DNA of 64,000 nucleotides from an uncultured Chloroflexia bacterium (GTDB lineage Bacteria; Chloroflexota; Limnocylindria; Limnocylindrales; CSP1-4): NCBI GenBank assembly GCA_963752475.1, contig CAVVYR010000006.1, positions 416,001 to 480,000 of the forward strand, read 5' to 3'. Shown piece by piece: positions 60,476 to 64,000 of this stretch (position 1 is its first letter; each line of letters starts with the position of its first letter). The notes under the pieces were generated by a model. It saw only the letters and a program-made list of their open reading frames with translations, ran no database searches and was not told where the DNA came from. The position numbers and the translations under genes were made by a program.

Positions 60476-60910
60476 CTACTCGACGGATCTTCGTACGAGC
60501 TCGGAGATCCGCTGTTCGTTCGCCTCGGCGGGTTCGGTGATCGCGAACGAGACCGGCCACATGCTGCCGTCATCGAGCGCGGCTGCGTCGTTGAACCCGA
60601 TCGTCGCGTAGCGTGCCTCGAACTTGGCCGCGCCCTGGAAGAAGCAGACGACGGTCTTGCCCCCGATCGAGTAGGCCGGCATGCCGTACCAGGTCTTGGG
60701 CCACAGGTCTGGCGCGTTTCGAGCGACGATGGCATGGAACCATTCCGCGAGGACGCGATCGGCCTCGGGCATCTCGGCGATCGCTGCGAGCACCGCCCCC
60801 TCGCCATCGGCGCGCTTCTTGCTCGCACGCGCCTCGGCCTTGAGCTCTCTGGCCCGTTGCTTCATGGCAGCCTGTTCGGCCTTCGAGAAGCCGTCGCTGG
60901 ACTTGGTCAT
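60476..60910 (-). CDS. DUF1801/YdhG-like protein
   Basis: AAMKQRARELK, APDLWPKTWYGMPAY, CFFQ.A.KF.ARYATIGF, MWPVSFA. Confidence 0.85.
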   Translation of the reverse strand: MTKSSDGFSKAEQAAMKQRARELKAEARASKKRADGEGAVLAAIAEMPEADRVLAEWFHAIVARNAPDLWPKTWYGMPAYSIGGKTVVCFFQGAAKFEARYATIGFNDAAALDDGSMWPVSFAITEPAEANEQRISELVRRSVE

Positions 60911-61179
60911 TCGCACGCTCCCATGGGACGATGATCGGGCTAGACCCTAGCAATCTGCGCTACTACGCCGTACCTCTCTTCGCACGGCCACGCTCTCAGC
61001 CTCCGGACGCAGGGAAGCTTACGCAGTAACGAGCACGCGCAGGGCGACCGCGCGGCAGACGCACATGACCTGTCTAACCCGTCGCAGCCTTCGACCGATC
61101 GGCCCACAGAAAAGCGGCGGTCCCGCGTGGGGCCGCCGCTTCCGGGCTGTCGAGAGAGCTCAGGGAGGGGAGTGGCTCC

Positions 61180-61746
61180 CTACTTCTCCGTCTTCTTGGC
61201 CGTCGACTTGGCCTTCGTCGCCGTCGTCTTCTTGGCCGTCGTCTTCTTGGCCGTCGTCTTCTTGGCCGTCGTCTTCTTGGCCGTGGTCTTCTTGGACGTC
61301 GTCTTGGTCAGCGCGGCGCGGGCCTTACCGGCAGCCGTCTGTTCACCCTTGGCCTTGCTGGCCTTGCTGGCGGCGATACGGGTCTTCGCGGCCTTGGCTG
61401 CGGCAGCCTTCGACATCTGACGCTTGGGAGCCTTGCTGGCGGTCAGCGACTCACCGCCCAGGGCGGCGTTGGCGCGGCGCATCAGGCGAGCCTTGCGACG
61501 GGCGGCGTTGTTGGAGTGGATGGCACCGGACTTGGCTGCCAGATCGAGGGCCGAAGCGGCTTCGGCCACGGCCTTGCGGGTGGCCTCGGCATCGCCACTC
61601 TCAGCGACCGCGAGGGCGTTCTTGATCTGCGTCTTGGCGGCGGTGCGCCGTGGCTGCAGGATGGCGTTGCGTCGAGCCGACTGCCGAACGCGCTTAAGGG
61701 CGGACGGCGTCCGGGCGCCGCTCCAGGTCCGCGATGAATGGGCCAA
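61180..61746 (-). CDS. rpsT: 30S ribosomal protein S20 with histone-H1-like C-terminal tail
   Basis: [12 protein letters not shown]...R.AAKT.IK...[17 protein letters not shown], then about 85 aa rich in K/A/T including (KKTTA)x5. Confidence 0.9.
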   Translation of the reverse strand: MAHSSRTWSGARTPSALKRVRQSARRNAILQPRRTAAKTQIKNALAVAESGDAEATRKAVAEAASALDLAAKSGAIHSNNAARRKARLMRRANAALGGESLTASKAPKRQMSKAAAAKAAKTRIAASKASKAKGEQTAAGKARAALTKTTSKKTTAKKTTAKKTTAKKTTAKKTTATKAKSTAKKTEK

Positions 61747-61888
61747 GGTGATATGTCCTCAACAGCTCTGGGTGTTCTCTCTCGGCGCGGCAGGCGTTCG
61801 CCGGGCACGGGGTGCCGCGACGCGACTCACGTACGCGCGAACGGAAATGGTAGCGCAGGTCGGCGCAGCGCGCCAGTAGTTCTGGCTC

Positions 61889-62390
61889 GTGACCGAGCTG
61901 TCCTATGCCAAGGCCGCCCGCACGCTCGACGAGCTGCGCGCCATCGGGGTCAGCCACGGCCAGGTCCATGGCTGGGTGCAGGAGGAGGGCGCCCGCATCG
62001 AGGCCGGCGTGGCCGCCCGCACCGAGGCGCTGCTCGGGGCCCATCCCGAGCGCACCAGCAGCGGAGCGATGCCGGGCGATGTCTGGGTCAGTGCCGACGG
62101 CACGATGGTCAACGACCGACACAGCGGCACCCACATGGAGGTGAAGCTCGGGCTCGTGTTCACGGGCACCGAGCGGACCGGCAAGGACCGGCACCGGCTG
62201 CTCGACCGGCACCTCGTGGGGGCGACCGGGTCCTGGACGACGTTCGCCGAGCGCTTCACCGCGGCCTGTGCCGCGATGGGCGTGTACGAGGCGGAACGCA
62301 TCCTCTTCGTCTCCGATGGGGCCGCCGCCATCAGGTGGATCCGCGAGCGCAGCTTCCCCGAGGCCATCGAGTTGCTCGACTGGTACCCTG
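61889..62390 (+). pseudogene. ISLre2/UPF0236-family transposase fragment
   Basis: LSYAKAA..L....VSH..V, VSADG, EVKLG, VSDGA..IR.....FP.A..LLDWY. Both ends are missing. A possible IR end (GCGCTGACACC) lies at about 62535-62545. Confidence 0.75.
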
Positions 62391-62552
62391 CCCAGCGCAG
62401 GAGGTGTGGACGGCAGTCTCCAAGGGACCTGGAGGGCGACAAGGCCGCTGTGTCGAACGGTGCCGGTCGGCGGCAGCCTTCGGGCGAACGAGACGGGAGG
62501 CCATGACTCCCACGCCGCAGCTGTCTGAGAAGGAGCGCTGACACCGGGTTGC

Positions 62553-63704
62553 CTACGGCGGGATGTGCCATGTGAACGCCTGCCACAGCAGGAACACGTG
62601 GAGTATCAGGAACACCACCAGCACGATCCCGCGGCCGATCCTGGACTTGCGGCTGGCCAACACCCAGTCGAATGGCCAGGCGTAGGCCACGTAGCGCGGC
62701 GAGGAGAGCAGCTTGCCGGTCAGGAAGACCGAGGCCAGGGCGATCAAGCCCACCAGCCAGTACGCGGGCCGGATGCGGTCGGGTCGGAAGAAGACGAAGA
62801 GGAACGCGTAGAAGGTGAGCACAGTGACCCACAAGGCGATGACCCAGTCCGGCGCCGTCCTCAGGACGATGGCCGGTCCCTCCTGGCCCTCCAGCGCGAG
62901 GTTGGCTGGTGGCGCCGATCCGTCCGCGGGCAGCTTCCAGAAGGACTGGGCGTTGACAGTAGCGAGTGGGTCGCCGGTCAGCCACCATAGGTAGGCGAAG
63001 AAGCCAGCCAGCACCAGGGGCGCCAGGAGCAGTGGAAGCCAGGCGCGCGAAGGTCGCCACCCATCGCGCTCGATGATAAGCAGCAGGAGCGGCAGTCCGA
63101 GCAGGATGCCGGGCACGCGGGTGAACGTAGCCAGCGCGAAGGCGATGCCAGCGATCCACCCGTGGCGAGTCTCCATCGCGAGGAAGGCACTCACCGCGAG
63201 GAGCAGGAACAGGCTCTCGGAGTAGGCCAGCGAGTAGGCGATGGCGCCCGGCGCCAGGGCCAGGAACCAGAGGCTGAGGATCGCCTTGTCGGGCTCCAGA
63301 TAGCGCACTGAGAGGGCGTACAGCACGACCAATGCCAGCAGGAAGGCAACGTTGCTGATGATGATGGCGGCCACCGCCGCGTCGCCGCCGACAAGGGGCG
63401 TCAGCGCGCGGATCACGACCGGATACCCCGGGTAGAAGGCATAGCTGGGGAAACGCTCGAACTCAGCGTGGTAGCCGGTCTCAGCGATGCTGAGGTAGGA
63501 CCCGGTGTCCGACACGGTCAGGCTGCTGATGATCGGCCGGTCGTCGACGAGGACCTCCGGCGGCGGTGGCTGGTAGGTCTCCACCGCGAAGGCGACCCCG
63601 AGCGCCAGTAGCCGCGTGGCGACGAAGATGACCAGGATCCGCGGCAGGGCCCAGCGCCAATCGATGTCGGACACGCGCGCAGGGGTCAAGGCAGGCAGGC
63701 TCAC
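62553..63704 (-). CDS. GT-C mannosyltransferase paralogue (third copy)
   Basis: Shares [13 protein letters not shown]-terminus, [26 protein letters not shown]. Confidence 0.85.
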   Translation of the reverse strand: MSLPALTPARVSDIDWRWALPRILVIFVATRLLALGVAFAVETYQPPPPEVLVDDRPIISSLTVSDTGSYLSIAETGYHAEFERFPSYAFYPGYPVVIRALTPLVGGDAAVAAIIISNVAFLLALVVLYALSVRYLEPDKAILSLWFLALAPGAIAYSLAYSESLFLLLAVSAFLAMETRHGWIAGIAFALATFTRVPGILLGLPLLLLIIERDGWRPSRAWLPLLLAPLVLAGFFAYLWWLTGDPLATVNAQSFWKLPADGSAPPANLALEGQEGPAIVLRTAPDWVIALWVTVLTFYAFLFVFFRPDRIRPAYWLVGLIALASVFLTGKLLSSPRYVAYAWPFDWVLASRKSRIGRGIVLVVFLILHVFLLWQAFTWHIPP

Positions 63705-63842
63705 GCTCGAGGAGTGTACGAGCCGGCCGGTCTCCGGCGAGGACCCAATAGTCAGGGAGCGATGGCTGAACCCATGTCTCCGCCGCCTTTCAGACCCCGA
63801 ACTGGGAGTCCGGCCGAGCGCTTGCTAGAATCCGTTCATCCC

Positions 63843-64000
63843 ATGGAACGCATCCCGCAGGAACGCCTGCGCAACTTCAGCATCATCGCCCATATCGATC
63901 ACGGCAAGTCCACGCTCGCGGACCGCTTCCTCGAGGTCACCCATACCCTCGACAAGCGGCAGATGACCAGCCAGGTCCTCGACTCGATGGACCTTGAGCG
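63843..64000 (+). CDS. lepA: Elongation factor 4 (3'-truncated by window edge)
   Basis: [31 protein letters not shown]...QVLDSMDLE. Confidence 0.95.
   Translation, partial: MERIPQERLRNFSIIAHIDHGKSTLADRFLEVTHTLDKRQMTSQVLDSMDLE

Overview
High-GC bacterial chromosome segment. It is probably Chloroflexota-like (inferred from the GAAC-N4-GTTC LexA boxes, the sortase-like protein and gene style; not verified). Bases 1 to about 23.1 kb are the distal end of an extracellular contractile injection system (eCIS) locus. The eCIS-type genes are a Pvc16/DUF4255 gene, an Afp15-type AAA ATPase, a LuxR regulator, an SCO4256-like membrane protein and a zinc-ribbon membrane adaptor with about 50 PEPT repeats. 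Interspersed among them are four candidate effectors that share a [LIM]QRxxGNxA[VI] N-terminal motif but have unrelated C-termini. One is zinc-phospholipase-C-like, one is pore-former-like, and two are unknown, of which one is split by an IS21. Secreted RTX-repeat proteins sit next to two of these effectors, and two RTX genes share an identical 650-bp promoter plus 5' half. A TGCCC-N4-GGGCA box recurs upstream of several island genes. The remainder is mostly core genome: leuS, two tRNA-Ala genes, pncB, nirK with an Rrf2 regulator, a two-component system, a LexA-controlled imuA-imuB-dnaE2 cassette, vapBC, three GT-C mannosyltransferases, udp, an ROK kinase, gap-pgk-eno, rpsT and the start of lepA. 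IS1202-family and ISLre2-family remnants and a pxpA/pxpC deletion scar are also present. All calls come from reading the sequence and recalled family motifs; no database searches were run.
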